Shown: positions 22,298-33,095, numbered from the stretch's first letter. The stretch: DNA of 64,000 bases from Phycisphaerae bacterium (GCA_963666835.2 CAXXGO010000006.1:2144001-2208000), one strand, 5' to 3'. Program-made: numbers and translations. The notes: generated from the sequence alone by a model not told the origin.

Positions 22298-23749
22298 ATG
22301 ACTCGGATCAACACCAACATACCGGCGTTGCGGGCCACGCATCGCCAGCAGGTTAACCAGGCCGATCTCGATCTGCGCCTCGAACGGCTGGCGACCGGAC
22401 TGCGGATCAATCGAGGTCGGGATGATCCTGCCGGTCTGATCATCTCAGAGAGGCTACGCTCGGAAATCCGAGGAATCGAGCAGGCGATCTCCAACTCGAC
22501 TCGCGCAAACAACGTCATTTCGACCGCCGAAGGCGCGATGAACGAGGTTTCGGCGCTGTTGCTTGACCTGCAAGGTCTGATCGTGGCTACTTCCAACGAG
22601 GCCGGGCTTACCGAGGGCGAGGTGGCCGCCAACCAACTTTCCGTTGATTCCATTCTCGACAGTATCGACCGTATCGCTAACACCACGTCCTTCGCCGGCG
22701 AGAAGCTGCTGGATGGCAGCAACGCGTACACGATGTCCGGGATTGTGCCTAGCGAGTTGACCGCTGTATCCGTTTTCGCGGCGTATGTGCCCACGGGCGG
22801 CTCCCGTGAGGTCAACGTGCGGGTCACTCAATCCGCCCAGACGGCCGGGTTGTCATTCGTGGGTACGAATGCGACGGGCACTTCGACGGTGTCGTCTACT
22901 GTTGTCGAGGTGCGGGGGGTGCTCGGCAGCGAGCTGTTGAGTTTCTCGCACGGTACGACCCTGGCGCAGGTTCGGACGGCGATCAACGACATTACGGCGA
23001 TGACCGGGGTCTCCGCAATTGTGTCCTCCGTGGCCGTGGGCGCGGCCGCCAGCGCCCTTTTGCTCAATAGCCAGGGGTATGGCTCGGATGCGTTCGTGTC
23101 GGTGGAGCCGATCAGCGGGAACTTCGTCGAAGCGGCAAACGCCAATATTCTCAGCCGTGATACGGGAGTCGACGTCGGAGTGCTGGTGAACGGTCAGAGT
23201 GCCGCCGGGAAGGGGCTCCGGGCGGACGTTCGGGCACGCACGCTTGACGCGCGTTTCTACCTGTCGTCCTCGTTTGCTCAGACGAGCTCCACGTCCACGT
23301 TTCGGATCACCGGTGGTGGGGCGGTGTTCCAGTTGGCTCCGGATGTCGTCCCCAACGGGCAGGTCTTCGTCGGATTGAATCGGCCTTCGACGACCGAGCT
23401 GGGTAACTCGGTGGTTGGGCTGCTGTATACGTTGCGCTCCGGTGGGGTTAACGATCTGTCCAGCCGGAACTTCGCGGCGGCGCAGGACATCATCGAAACG
23501 GCGGCGGAACAGGTGGCGTCGGCGCGTGGTCGCCTCGGCAGCATTCAGCGAAACCACGTGGATACGAACATCAATGCCCAGAAGGTTGCTTTGGAGAACG
23601 TGACCGCGTCAGAATCGGTTATTCGTGACGCGGACATGGCCGTCGAGGTGTCGGCATTGACCCGGGCTCAGATTCTGGTTGAGAGCAGCCAAGCTACTAT
23701 GCAGATCGCGAATGCCGCCCCGAAAATGGTCCTCTCACTTCTTTCCTAG
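22298..23749 (+). CDS. fliC: Flagellin 2
   Basis: MTRINTNI, LERLATGLRIN, DDPAGL; C-terminal SESVIRDADMAVE...VLSLLS. Confidence 0.95.
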   Translation: MTRINTNIPALRATHRQQVNQADLDLRLERLATGLRINRGRDDPAGLIISERLRSEIRGIEQAISNSTRANNVISTAEGAMNEVSALLLDLQGLIVATSNEAGLTEGEVAANQLSVDSILDSIDRIANTTSFAGEKLLDGSNAYTMSGIVPSELTAVSVFAAYVPTGGSREVNVRVTQSAQTAGLSFVGTNATGTSTVSSTVVEVRGVLGSELLSFSHGTTLAQVRTAINDITAMTGVSAIVSSVAVGAAASALLLNSQGYGSDAFVSVEPISGNFVEAANANILSRDTGVDVGVLVNGQSAAGKGLRADVRARTLDARFYLSSSFAQTSSTSTFRITGGGAVFQLAPDVVPNGQVFVGLNRPSTTELGNSVVGLLYTLRSGGVNDLSSRNFAAAQDIIETAAEQVASARGRLGSIQRNHVDTNINAQKVALENVTASESVIRDADMAVEVSALTRAQILVESSQATMQIANAAPKMVLSLLS

Positions 23750-23810
23750 CTTGAAAACAACCGAGAACGGCCCGTCTGAGGTGCTGCGGCGGATGATTCT
23801 CGGTCTCGCT

Positions 23811-23838
23811 TGAGAGCGCGGGGCGACCGAGCCGATAA
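23811..23838 (+). promoter_or_regulatory. Candidate sigma28 promoter of fliD
   Basis: TGAG-N16-GCCGATAA (consensus -10 element). Confidence 0.6.
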
Positions 23839-23896
23839 CCCGTTTGGGAGAAACGTGCGCCGGCAGGAGAGTCGGCGGAGTTCTCCCGTGGGTGGA

Positions 23897-26800
23897 ATGA
23901 TCATGAGCGGAATCACGAGCAGTATTGGGCTGATGTCGGGAATCGATAGTGCCGACCTTATCGAACAGTTGATGGCAATTGAAGCGCAGCCGGTGACCCG
24001 GCTGGAAGAACAGATCTCGGCAATCGACATCCAGCGAACTGCGTTTCTCGATCTTTCCGCCAGGATTCTCGCCCTCCAGGGGGTCGCCCAGCAGTTTGAA
24101 AGCCTGTCGCTTTTCCGGGGGTTCGGCACGACGAGCTCGAACGAGAGCGTGCTAATGGCGCAAGCGGATGACGGAGCTGCGGCCGGCGCGTATACGTTCC
24201 GGGTTCATTCCCTGGCAACCAATCACTCCGTTGTCAGCCGGGGGTTTGCGGATGCGGACCGGATGCCGGTGGGGGTTGGTACTATATCGCTGGAGGTCGG
24301 GCAAGGCCGGGTGAATCGCGGCACGGAGCTGAGCACGCTGAATTCCGGGCAAGGCGTGGCGCGGGGGACGATTGCGATTACGGATCGCTCCGGGGCGATG
24401 GCGGAGATCGACCTATCGACGGCTACAACGGTAGAGGATGTGCTAGAGGCCATCAATCGCGAGAACTCAATCAACGTTCGGGCTCGGGTTACCGGGTTGG
24501 CTAGTGCGGGGGCGACCGGGGATCGGATTGTGCTCGAGGATCTGACCTCCGATGCGGCCATCACCGGAGATCTGATTGTCGCCGACCGGAACGGAGGTAC
24601 GACGGCCTCCGATCTCGGTATCGTTGCGAGTTCCGCGACGGGACGGATTGACGGTCGGGATCTCGTTCGGCTGTCTTCGGGAACTCAGTTGGATCTGTTG
24701 AATGACGGCAACGGTGTTGGTGTCGGAGGGATTTTGGATAACGCCCTTACGTTCGTGAAGAGCGGTGCCAATCCGGAGTCATTTACGGCGTCATTCAGTG
24801 ATACCATCAAGTTGGATACCGATCTGCGAGTTCTGAACGGGGGGCAGGGGGTCAGGCTCGGAGTGATGCGCATAACCGATCGGAGCGGGGCTTCGGTCGA
24901 CGTCGATTTCTCAGACCTGGACCTGGAAGATGGTGTCACCGTACGCGACATTCGCGATCGGATAACCACCGCCGCTAACTCTGCGGGAGTGTCCATCAGT
25001 TTCACATCCGTCAATTCGTATTTCCAGATTACGGATACGACGGATGTGCATGAAGACCTTGAGGGGAACCTCATCGTTGAGGATCTCACCGGGCATACGG
25101 CCGCCGACCTGGGCATGGCCGGCGATGTCGATGACGACAGTATCCGCGGGAGCGATGTCTATCGCGTGGCGACCGTGGGCGACGTCATCAACGCCATTAA
25201 CTACGCGGCCGGGAACAACGGCCAGATTGCCCGGGCGGCGATTGCCGAGGACGGCAATGGAATCACCCTGACCGCCATGGAGTATGGCACCACCGTGACA
25301 GTGGATGCCGGCGACAACGAGGCCCTGGCAGAGGAGTTGGGATTGCTGGGCGCCAGCTTCTCGGAGGCGGACGGACCGTTCGAATCGCGGCAGTTGATCG
25401 CCGGGCTCAATACGGTCCTGCTCCAGTCGCTTCGAGGTGGACAGGGTGTGGACCTCGGCGAAATCCGCCTGACGGACCGAATGAACCGGACGACGACGAT
25501 TGACTTCGGCGGAGCGGATACTCCGATACGGACCCTTCAGGACGTGGTCGATTTCATCAACGCTGACTCGAGTACGTCATTGGTTGCGTCGATCAACTCC
25601 GCGGGAAATGGAATAGAGCTCAGCGACAACTCGAACGACAATGGCACCATTACTGTAGCTGATGTCGGCGACAGTTCGATGGCCGCTCAGTTGGGCCTTG
25701 CCGGGACACACGATCCGGCCGCGGGGGGCGTGGTTAACGGTGGCAATCTGCAGTTGCAGTATATTACCCGGTCGACGGCGCTGGCCGATCTCAACTCCGG
25801 ACAGGGCGTTACCCTCGGTGATTTTCAAATAACGGATTCGACCGGGCAGACGCATACCGTTCGCCTGGGAAGTAAGGTTGAGACTGTCGGGGATGTGATT
25901 AGTGCGATTAACCTTGTAGCGCCCGACTCAATCGAGGCCCGGATAAACGACACGGGCGACGGCATTCTCATCGAAGACAAGACTGACGGGACCCAGAAAC
26001 TGACCGTGGCCGACATCAACGGTGGTCAAGCAGCAGCAGGGCTTCGCCTGGCGGGCACCGCCCGAACCGGAGAGTCGTTTATTGACGGTTCATTCGAGGT
26101 TCGGGTAGAGGTCGGTCCGGCCGATACGCTTGACGACATCGCCCAGCGGCTTAACGAGGCCGGAGTCGGACTGTCGGCATCAATCCTGAATAACGGGGGC
26201 GCGGCCAATCCATATAGCCTGACGATTACGTCGACGCAATCAGGACGCGCCGGGGAATTGGTGATTGACTCCGGCGGGTTGGATCTCGGGTTGCGTACGA
26301 TGACCAAGGCGCAGGATACACTCGTTTTCGTCGGTGACGAATCGGGTGGGGCGCCCTTGTTGATCAGCAGCGCCAATACGACGCTGGAGAACGTGATCGA
26401 GGGGGTGACGATCGATGTGCTCGCGGCCGCGGATGAGGACGTGACCGTTACGGTCTCGCAGGATGTTGACGGGATTGTGGATACCATCAGTCGCTTCGTG
26501 GAGAAGTACAACGACGTGCAGGCGGCGATCGACGATGCGGTGTACTTCGACGAGGAGTCTTTGGAGCGCGGTGCGCTGATGGGCGACTCGACCGTGAACA
26601 CGATCAGAAACCGGCTGAGCCGAATCATGCTCGGGAGCTTCAACGAAGCAGGTTCATCCGTGTCCCACCTGACGGCCGTTGGGATCCGGTTGACGTCCGG
26701 CAATCGTCTCGAATTCGACGAGGAGAGGTTTCGGGAGGTGTACGAAGATTCTCCCGAGCAGGTTGAGCGTCTCTTCACTGCCGAGGATACCGGATTCGGC

Positions 26801-27046
26801 GCTGTGATTACGGGAGCATTGGAGGCGCTGACGGATTCCTACGACGGGCTGATCACGCACAAGGACAACCTTCTTGTCGAGAAGCAGGATTTGCTCAACG
26901 ACCGAATAGACCGGCTCGAGGTTCTGCTCAGCGCTAAGCAGGCCCGTTTGGAGGCCCAGTTTGCAGGGCTGGAATCATCCCTGGCAGTGCTCCAGGGGCA
27001 ACAGGACGCCCTGACCGCTCTTGCGCAACTGGCGAGTGATGCGTAA
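23897..27046 (+). CDS. fliD: Flagellar filament cap protein, very large (~1050 aa)
   Basis: GLMSGID...IEQLM N-terminus; IEGVT, FVEKYND, RLEAQFAGLES C-terminus; lies between flagellins and fliS. Confidence 0.92.
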   Translation: MIMSGITSSIGLMSGIDSADLIEQLMAIEAQPVTRLEEQISAIDIQRTAFLDLSARILALQGVAQQFESLSLFRGFGTTSSNESVLMAQADDGAAAGAYTFRVHSLATNHSVVSRGFADADRMPVGVGTISLEVGQGRVNRGTELSTLNSGQGVARGTIAITDRSGAMAEIDLSTATTVEDVLEAINRENSINVRARVTGLASAGATGDRIVLEDLTSDAAITGDLIVADRNGGTTASDLGIVASSATGRIDGRDLVRLSSGTQLDLLNDGNGVGVGGILDNALTFVKSGANPESFTASFSDTIKLDTDLRVLNGGQGVRLGVMRITDRSGASVDVDFSDLDLEDGVTVRDIRDRITTAANSAGVSISFTSVNSYFQITDTTDVHEDLEGNLIVEDLTGHTAADLGMAGDVDDDSIRGSDVYRVATVGDVINAINYAAGNNGQIARAAIAEDGNGITLTAMEYGTTVTVDAGDNEALAEELGLLGASFSEADGPFESRQLIAGLNTVLLQSLRGGQGVDLGEIRLTDRMNRTTTIDFGGADTPIRTLQDVVDFINADSSTSLVASINSAGNGIELSDNSNDNGTITVADVGDSSMAAQLGLAGTHDPAAGGVVNGGNLQLQYITRSTALADLNSGQGVTLGDFQITDSTGQTHTVRLGSKVETVGDVISAINLVAPDSIEARINDTGDGILIEDKTDGTQKLTVADINGGQAAAGLRLAGTARTGESFIDGSFEVRVEVGPADTLDDIAQRLNEAGVGLSASILNNGGAANPYSLTITSTQSGRAGELVIDSGGLDLGLRTMTKAQDTLVFVGDESGGAPLLISSANTTLENVIEGVTIDVLAAADEDVTVTVSQDVDGIVDTISRFVEKYNDVQAAIDDAVYFDEESLERGALMGDSTVNTIRNRLSRIMLGSFNEAGSSVSHLTAVGIRLTSGNRLEFDEERFREVYEDSPEQVERLFTAEDTGFGAVITGALEALTDSYDGLITHKDNLLVEKQDLLNDRIDRLEVLLSAKQARLEAQFAGLESSLAVLQGQQDALTALAQLASDA

Positions 27047-27130
27047 CGCTACGCAACGAGCGGGTCCTACCCAGGCGCGGCGGGTTTTTCGATTATTCGG
27101 CTCCGGTTATTGACCGATAGTATCGGCACT

Positions 27131-27592
27131 ATGGCTACTGCGGCGAATAATCCGTACCTTCGTGACGCCGTTATGACGGCCACCCCGGAGCAGCTTCAAC
27201 TGATGCTGTATGACGGGGCGATCCGGTTCGCACTCCAGGCGCGCGATGCGATCCTGGCGAAGGATTACAGCACGTCATACGAGAAGCTCACACGCACTCA
27301 GAACATCATCTCGGAGATGCAGGCCGGCCTGAACTACGATGTGAACCCCGAGCTGTGCGAGCGGGTGGCCGCGATCTACAACTTTCTCTTCCGCAAGCTG
27401 GTAGACGCCAACGTCAATCGAGATGTTGACGCTATCGACGACGCCGTCAAGGTCCTGCGGATCGAGCGGGAGACCTGGCAAATCGTTGTGGACAAGGTCT
27501 CCAAGGTGCGCGAGCAGGCAACGCCCGACACGGAAGAGACGGCGGCAAGTCAGGAATTAGAGGCTCCCGCTTCTTTCTCGGCCGAGGGATGA
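27131..27592 (+). CDS. fliS: Flagellin export chaperone
   Basis: VMTATPEQLQLMLYDGAIRF, IYNFL, ETW motifs. Confidence 0.95.
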   Translation: MATAANNPYLRDAVMTATPEQLQLMLYDGAIRFALQARDAILAKDYSTSYEKLTRTQNIISEMQAGLNYDVNPELCERVAAIYNFLFRKLVDANVNRDVDAIDDAVKVLRIERETWQIVVDKVSKVREQATPDTEETAASQELEAPASFSAEG

Positions 27593-27736
27593 TCTTCCGC
27601 CTCTCCCACGCTGCCCCGCGATCCGTTCTCCTCGCTTGCTGCATTCTGCGGCTATCACTATAGTCGAAAGTGGTGTTCAACTGCGGCCGGCAATCCGGCG
27701 CGGACCGCCGAGCCGGTCCGATTGGGAGTCAGTTCG

Positions 27737-28816
27737 ATGTTCTTCAAGGTGATTCACGGGGCATTACTGGTTCTTTCATTGGCGTCGGCCCCGGGCGCGG
27801 CACTCGGGCAGGTTCCGGAGCAGACCGAGCCGGCACGGGGTACCGATACGTCCGGTGGGGCGGCTTCGCCGGTTGATGTTGACCAGCTTATCCGGGAAGC
27901 ACTGGCGAACCTCGATGAGCTGGAGCGCGTCGAGGATCCCGCTATGCGGTCGAGGCTCCTCGAGGAAGTTCTGGACCGAGCCCGAGTTGTGCAGGAGAGC
28001 GATCCTGACAATCCATGGGCCAAATACGTGTTCGGAAGGGCATATCTGATTAGCGGTCGGGCCGGCGATGCCATTGATTATATGCAGAGGTTCGTGCGGA
28101 CTCGCGAGGGGCGGAACGAATGGCGGGCTCATCGCCTGTTGGGCGATATGTTCGTCGGCAAGTTCCCCCGGCTTGCGCAGGCCAGCTATCAACGGGCGAT
28201 CGCGCTGAAGCCCGGCGAGCCGGCGTTGCTGCACGGCTTATCCGTATGTGCGGCCAAGACCGGTGATCTGGATGAGGCTATTCGCTTGGCCGAGGAGGCG
28301 GTGCTCGCCGACGGTCGACGGACGATTGCGTACCAGCACCACTATGCACGTACTCTGGCGTCCCGGGGGCGTCTTGCGGAGGCGCGGCACGTGGCCTTGG
28401 CGGTTCTGGCGCTCGCCGAAAAAGCGGCGCGCGAGCAACGTGGAGAACGAGAGCCGCTGGAGGTTCTCGATAAACAGCACCAACTGGTGATCGACGTGAT
28501 CGACGGGTTGATCCGGGACGACCCCGGGCATGCGGAGAACTACGTCGAGATCGTCAAATACCTGCGTGCTCGCTCAGCCAATTCGATCGAGATTGCTCGC
28601 TTCGATGTGTTGGACATTCTCGAGGCCGGAGTGACGGAAGCCCGTCCCGACCGTGCGCCGCGACTGATGGTGGAATACGGTCGGACGCTTGCGGCCGTGG
28701 GTCGACTTGAGCAAGCTATGGCGGTGCTGAAGGACGTGCTGGCAGCCGATCCGCAGAACTCAGAGGCCAGAAAGGCCCTGGCGGAGCTTCAGGGTGGCGA
28801 ACCGGTCGGGGATTAA
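27737..28816 (+). CDS. Exported tetratricopeptide repeat protein
   Basis: Signal peptide; repeated Ala/Leu helix pairs ending xDPxN. Confidence 0.8.
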   Translation: MFFKVIHGALLVLSLASAPGAALGQVPEQTEPARGTDTSGGAASPVDVDQLIREALANLDELERVEDPAMRSRLLEEVLDRARVVQESDPDNPWAKYVFGRAYLISGRAGDAIDYMQRFVRTREGRNEWRAHRLLGDMFVGKFPRLAQASYQRAIALKPGEPALLHGLSVCAAKTGDLDEAIRLAEEAVLADGRRTIAYQHHYARTLASRGRLAEARHVALAVLALAEKAAREQRGEREPLEVLDKQHQLVIDVIDGLIRDDPGHAENYVEIVKYLRARSANSIEIARFDVLDILEAGVTEARPDRAPRLMVEYGRTLAAVGRLEQAMAVLKDVLAADPQNSEARKALAELQGGEPVGD

Positions 28817-28850
28817 CGGCTCTCGCCCGGCCACTGAGGAGGGATAGTGA

Positions 28851-30494
28851 ATGAGAAGCCTTGGGATGTTGTTGGGGGTCGGGCTGACTGCTGTATTGAT
28901 CTTGCCGGCGGTACGGGTGGAGGCGTGTACGAACATCCTTGTGACTCGAGGGGCGTCGACCGACGGCTCCGTGATGATAACCTACGCCTGCGATGGCGAG
29001 TTTCACCCGCATCTTCGGTATTCGCCGGCGGCCGATTACGCCCCGGACGAGTTCTTCGAAATTCGAGATTGGGGCGGTGAACTCCGGGGGCGCATTCCTC
29101 AGGTTGCACACACGTACGCCGTTGTCGGTTTGATGAACGAGCACCAGCTTGCCATCGGTGAGACCACGTTCAGCGGTCGGCAAGAGCTAATCAACCCTGA
29201 CGGGCTGCTCCATTACTGGGATCTGATGCGGTTGGCGTTGTGGCGGGCGAAAACGGCGCGCGAAGCCATCGCCCTTATCGGCGATCTCGTGGCCGAGTAC
29301 GGCTATCGCTCCGAAGGTGAGTCCATTTCCATCGCCGATCCGAATGAAGTGTGGATTATGGAGATCGTCGGGCCCGGCCCCGGTGGTTCGGGGGCGGCGT
29401 GGGTGGCGCTGCGGGTACCGGACGGGTACGTATCGGCGCATGCCAACAAGTCCCGTATAGGTGATTTCCCGCGGGACGATCCCCAGAACTGTGTCTATTC
29501 CGATAGTGCCATAAGCCTGTCAGTTGAGAAGGGCTACTACGACCCGGCATCGGGGGAGCCGTTCAGCTTCCGAGATGCCTACTGCCCGCCGACCCCCAAG
29601 AGTCAGCGTTATGGGGATACGCGGGTGTGGAGCGTTTTCCGGCGGGCTGCCCCGTCTTTGAAACTGTCGCCCGACTATCACCGGGCAGTGGAAGGGGCGA
29701 AGCCGTACCCGTTGTGGATCAAGCCGGACGAGAAGTTGTCGGTAGGCGATGTGTTCGCGCTGTTTCGGGACCATTACGAAGGCACCGAGTTCGATATGAC
29801 GGTCGGCAGTGACGCCGGGCCGTACGGGACGCCCAATCGGTGGCGGCCGATCGATTGGGAAATCGACGGTGTCAAGTATGCCTGGGAGCGACCCATCTCC
29901 ACCCAACAGACCGGGTTCTCATTCGTTTCGCAGTCACGGGCGGGGCTGCCCGATCCGATCGGTGGGGTGCTGTGGTACGGCGTGGACGACACCTACACGA
30001 CCTGCTACGTCCCGCTCTACTGCGGGATCGATGCCCTGCCCGAGTCTTACACCGTAGGCGGCTTGGGTAACTTCTCGTGGGACTCGGCCTGGTGGGTGTT
30101 CAACTTCGCGGCCAACTACGCCAACCTGCGGTACTCGTACATGATTGATGATATCCAGGCCGTTCAACGCGACCTGGAAAGGGGATTCCTCGCGTTGCAG
30201 CCGGCCGTAGAGCGGACGGCCGTCGAACTTCACAAGACCGACCCTGCCCTGATGACGCGGTATCTGACCGACTACTCGGTGTCCCATGCCGAGATGGCCG
30301 TGCGGCGTTGGCGCGAACTCGGCGAGTTTCTTCTGACCAAGTACAACGACGGTTACGTCAAGGACCAGGACGGCCGCCCGCAGGAGGAGGGCTATCCTTT
30401 AAAGTGGCTGCGCCGGGTTGTCAATGATCGTCCCGACCAGTTCCGCCTGAAGACCAAAGACACCGCCGTTCCCGAGTCCAAGCTCGTGGACTGA
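28851..30494 (+). CDS. C69 family dipeptidase (Ntn hydrolase)
   Basis: VEA|CTNILV N-terminal Cys, MNEHQLAIGETT, SAHAN, WERPIS. Confidence 0.93.
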   Translation: MRSLGMLLGVGLTAVLILPAVRVEACTNILVTRGASTDGSVMITYACDGEFHPHLRYSPAADYAPDEFFEIRDWGGELRGRIPQVAHTYAVVGLMNEHQLAIGETTFSGRQELINPDGLLHYWDLMRLALWRAKTAREAIALIGDLVAEYGYRSEGESISIADPNEVWIMEIVGPGPGGSGAAWVALRVPDGYVSAHANKSRIGDFPRDDPQNCVYSDSAISLSVEKGYYDPASGEPFSFRDAYCPPTPKSQRYGDTRVWSVFRRAAPSLKLSPDYHRAVEGAKPYPLWIKPDEKLSVGDVFALFRDHYEGTEFDMTVGSDAGPYGTPNRWRPIDWEIDGVKYAWERPISTQQTGFSFVSQSRAGLPDPIGGVLWYGVDDTYTTCYVPLYCGIDALPESYTVGGLGNFSWDSAWWVFNFAANYANLRYSYMIDDIQAVQRDLERGFLALQPAVERTAVELHKTDPALMTRYLTDYSVSHAEMAVRRWRELGEFLLTKYNDGYVKDQDGRPQEEGYPLKWLRRVVNDRPDQFRLKTKDTAVPESKLVD

Positions 30495-30548
30495 CGAGAA
30501 CAAGGCCCTGGGGCGATTACAGTGCCGTCTTGGGACTAACGGAATGCT

Positions 30549-31364
30549 CTACGCAGCTTGAATATCGCGACGGGTGAAGATGACCGCTGCTGCCAGCCAC
30601 AATGCCAGAGCAACGGCAGCGAGAGTTGCCAGGTCCGCCACAGGCCAAATACCGCTACCGAGGATGGCGAGCGGCTGATAGTAGTTCAGCACGCTCAGCG
30701 AGGCGGCGCTTTGGGCGGCGGGCCACGACTGCGCCAGGAAGTTGAGCAAGAAGGAGGTGAAGACCACCCCGAATGCAACGGCGATCGCCCGGCCGCGGTG
30801 ACTGGCTATCGAGCTTATCAGACGAGTGATGCCGCCGACTGCCAGATACAGCATAAACAGATTGGCGGCGGCGATGATCGACGGGAGTACCCCCCGCTCG
30901 GCGTCGGGAGAGAACAGGCGGTTGCCGATGGCGTTGCCGATAAGGGCCGCAGTGATGACGGCTGCCCCGGCCACGAACCAGACGATCGACTCACAGCAAT
31001 AGTGCCGCGTGCGCGAGGCGGGCAGACTCAGCAGCACGTCAATAGTCCCCCGGTCGATCTCTCCCACTGGCAGGCGCGTGCAGAGAGCGATGGCATGTGC
31101 CCACGTCAGGATCAGGATTAGCGGATGGACCCAGGGGATGGCGGCCATGACGTCTCCGCCGAGCCCGCCGGCGACACTGGTGCCGAGCAGGCCTTGGATC
31201 ATCTTCTGCACGATCTTGACGCGAAGCCAAGTATCTGACATCTCGCGGCTGAATAGCTGCAGTATGTATATAAGCAGCAACTCGGTTAAGGCGATGGAAA
31301 CGGCAAGCAGCAGGGTGCTGAGCCACACCTCGTGAACGGCTTTCGAGATCAAACCCCGGTTCAT
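30549..31364 (-). CDS. ABC-2 type exporter permease
   Basis: Six TM segments, GEIDRGTIDVLLSLPASR, C-terminal FTRRDI. Confidence 0.9.
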   Translation of the reverse strand: MNRGLISKAVHEVWLSTLLLAVSIALTELLLIYILQLFSREMSDTWLRVKIVQKMIQGLLGTSVAGGLGGDVMAAIPWVHPLILILTWAHAIALCTRLPVGEIDRGTIDVLLSLPASRTRHYCCESIVWFVAGAAVITAALIGNAIGNRLFSPDAERGVLPSIIAAANLFMLYLAVGGITRLISSIASHRGRAIAVAFGVVFTSFLLNFLAQSWPAAQSAASLSVLNYYQPLAILGSGIWPVADLATLAAVALALWLAAAVIFTRRDIQAA

Positions 31365-32257
31365 TCGGCGGGCTCCCTATCGGCGTAGTACTGTTGAAAG
31401 AGCCGGGCGAGATCAGGTGTTCCGATCGAGAGATCTTCGATGGGCTGACCGGCGCTCCAGCGTACCAGGTCCATGGCCGATCCGGTCAGGGTGGCACGCC
31501 ATTGCAGTGGCCGGCGCTCGTGTACGTCGAGAAACTCCGGGGAGCGGTTTTCGTACTCCTGGGGAATATTATGCCACTGTATTGACACTGTTCTGCGGGC
31601 ACGAGTTCGCAGGTCGTGTACGGTTTCATCGGCGACCAGGGTTCCCTCGCGGAGGATCGCTACCCGATCGCAAAGCTGTTGTACTTCGCCTAGCGTGTGA
31701 CTCGAGAGGAACACGGTGTGCCCGCTGGAGGCGAGCTTGCGTAGCCGAGCGTAGAGCTTCTCCTGTATCAACGGGTCGAGCCCCGAGGTCGGTTCGTCGA
31801 GGATCAGAAGCCGCGGGCGGTGCGCCAGCGCCAGAATCAACCCCAGCTTCTGCCGCATACCCCGGGACATGCTCCCGGACCGCAAGTCGGCAGGAAGATC
31901 GAAGTCCTCGGCCAATTGAGCGCCCTCGTCGGTCAGATCACGCCCGTGCATCCGCCCCAGCAGTCGCACGGCCGCTCGGCAGGTGAGCCACGGGTAGAGC
32001 CGCAGGTCGCCGGGGACGTAGCCGACCTGGGCCTTGACGGTGTCACTTTGTTTCCAGCAATCTTGTCCGAAGACCCGGGCTACGCCGGCGGAAGGTCTCA
32101 GCAGGCCCAATAGCAGCCGGATCGTGGTTGTCTTTCCGGAGCCGTTAGGCCCGAGGAACCCGAACACCGATCCTTCCGGGACGGCCAGATTGAGCCTCTC
32201 GACTCCGACGCGCCGTCCATACCGCTTACCCAGTTGTTCGGTCCGGATCACGCTCAC
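31361..32257 (-). CDS. ABC transporter ATP-binding protein
   Basis: GPNGSGKTT, MSRGMRQK, LDEPTSGLD, SSH; GTG start at 32257 (ORF track over-extends). Confidence 0.93.
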   Translation of the reverse strand: MSVIRTEQLGKRYGRRVGVERLNLAVPEGSVFGFLGPNGSGKTTTIRLLLGLLRPSAGVARVFGQDCWKQSDTVKAQVGYVPGDLRLYPWLTCRAAVRLLGRMHGRDLTDEGAQLAEDFDLPADLRSGSMSRGMRQKLGLILALAHRPRLLILDEPTSGLDPLIQEKLYARLRKLASSGHTVFLSSHTLGEVQQLCDRVAILREGTLVADETVHDLRTRARRTVSIQWHNIPQEYENRSPEFLDVHERRPLQWRATLTGSAMDLVRWSAGQPIEDLSIGTPDLARLFQQYYADREPAE

Positions 32258-32283
32258 CGTTTGGTCTCGAACTGCAACATGCG

Positions 32284-33006
32284 CTATCGGTGCTGTCGGA
32301 CGACTTCCCGTTCTATCGTCATGAGGGTCTCGAGCATGGCATCGGCGGACTCGGCCTCGAAAAGTGACTCCGCTCTGGCATCGTTGAGGATCCGCATGAG
32401 ACGCGCCAAAACGTGCAAATGATGGCGGTCGTTGTGGCAGCAGATCAGAAAGAAGAGGCGGGTCAGTTCCGGCGTAGGCCCGCCGAACGGGATGCCCCGC
32501 TGGTGCCGCGCTACGCAGATGAGGGGCTCGGCCGAGACGTACGGCATCGGCTGCCGTGGGTGGGGAATGGCGATGCCGCCGGGCAATGCGGTGGAACACA
32601 TCGTTTCCCGCTCCCGCACCGCGTCCAGAAGCCCCTCGCCGTCGTACAACAGGCCGGTGCGGTCCGCGAGGCGGACCAACTCCTGCAAGACCGAGGGTTT
32701 CGTCTTCGCTGCAAACGACACGTCGATCCCCTCCGTGCCGATTAACTCCGTGACAACCATGCCGTTCTCGTTCGTGGGATCGTCCACCTGCCCACTCATG
32801 GAGTCCTCCAGCGCGATAAGACGCTGTTCGTCCAGGGTGTGCATTTCCTGCTGGAGCCACTCGGTGACTTTCGTGCGGTGGAAACGCCACTGACCCCCGA
32901 TCAGGCGGCCGGGGAGCTGACCCCGATCGGCCAGGCGGCGCACTTGGCGTGCATCCATGCCGACGTATTTGGCGAACTCCTCCAGACTCATAGTGCGGTA
33001 CGGCAT
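32284..33006 (-). CDS. Excisionase-like HTH fused to a PTS EIIA (PtsN/fructose-type) domain
   Basis: N-terminal EFAKYV...LPGRLIGGQWRF; RETMCSTAL and IAIPHPR (phospho-His). Confidence 0.9.
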   Translation of the reverse strand: MPYRTMSLEEFAKYVGMDARQVRRLADRGQLPGRLIGGQWRFHRTKVTEWLQQEMHTLDEQRLIALEDSMSGQVDDPTNENGMVVTELIGTEGIDVSFAAKTKPSVLQELVRLADRTGLLYDGEGLLDAVRERETMCSTALPGGIAIPHPRQPMPYVSAEPLICVARHQRGIPFGGPTPELTRLFFLICCHNDRHHLHVLARLMRILNDARAESLFEAESADAMLETLMTIEREVVRQHR

Positions 33007-33095
33007 CAGCAACGCCTATATAGAGCAATGCCCACACGAAATCCACTTAAACGTATTGTAGAGATTTCACGCGGCGAAGCCAATGACCGGCGGGC

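Noticed and set aside
27093..27127. sigma28 promoter or CCGATA-G-TATCGG palindrome before fliS
   Set aside because: Poor -35 element and only 10 nt to the ATG; a single short palindrome can be chance
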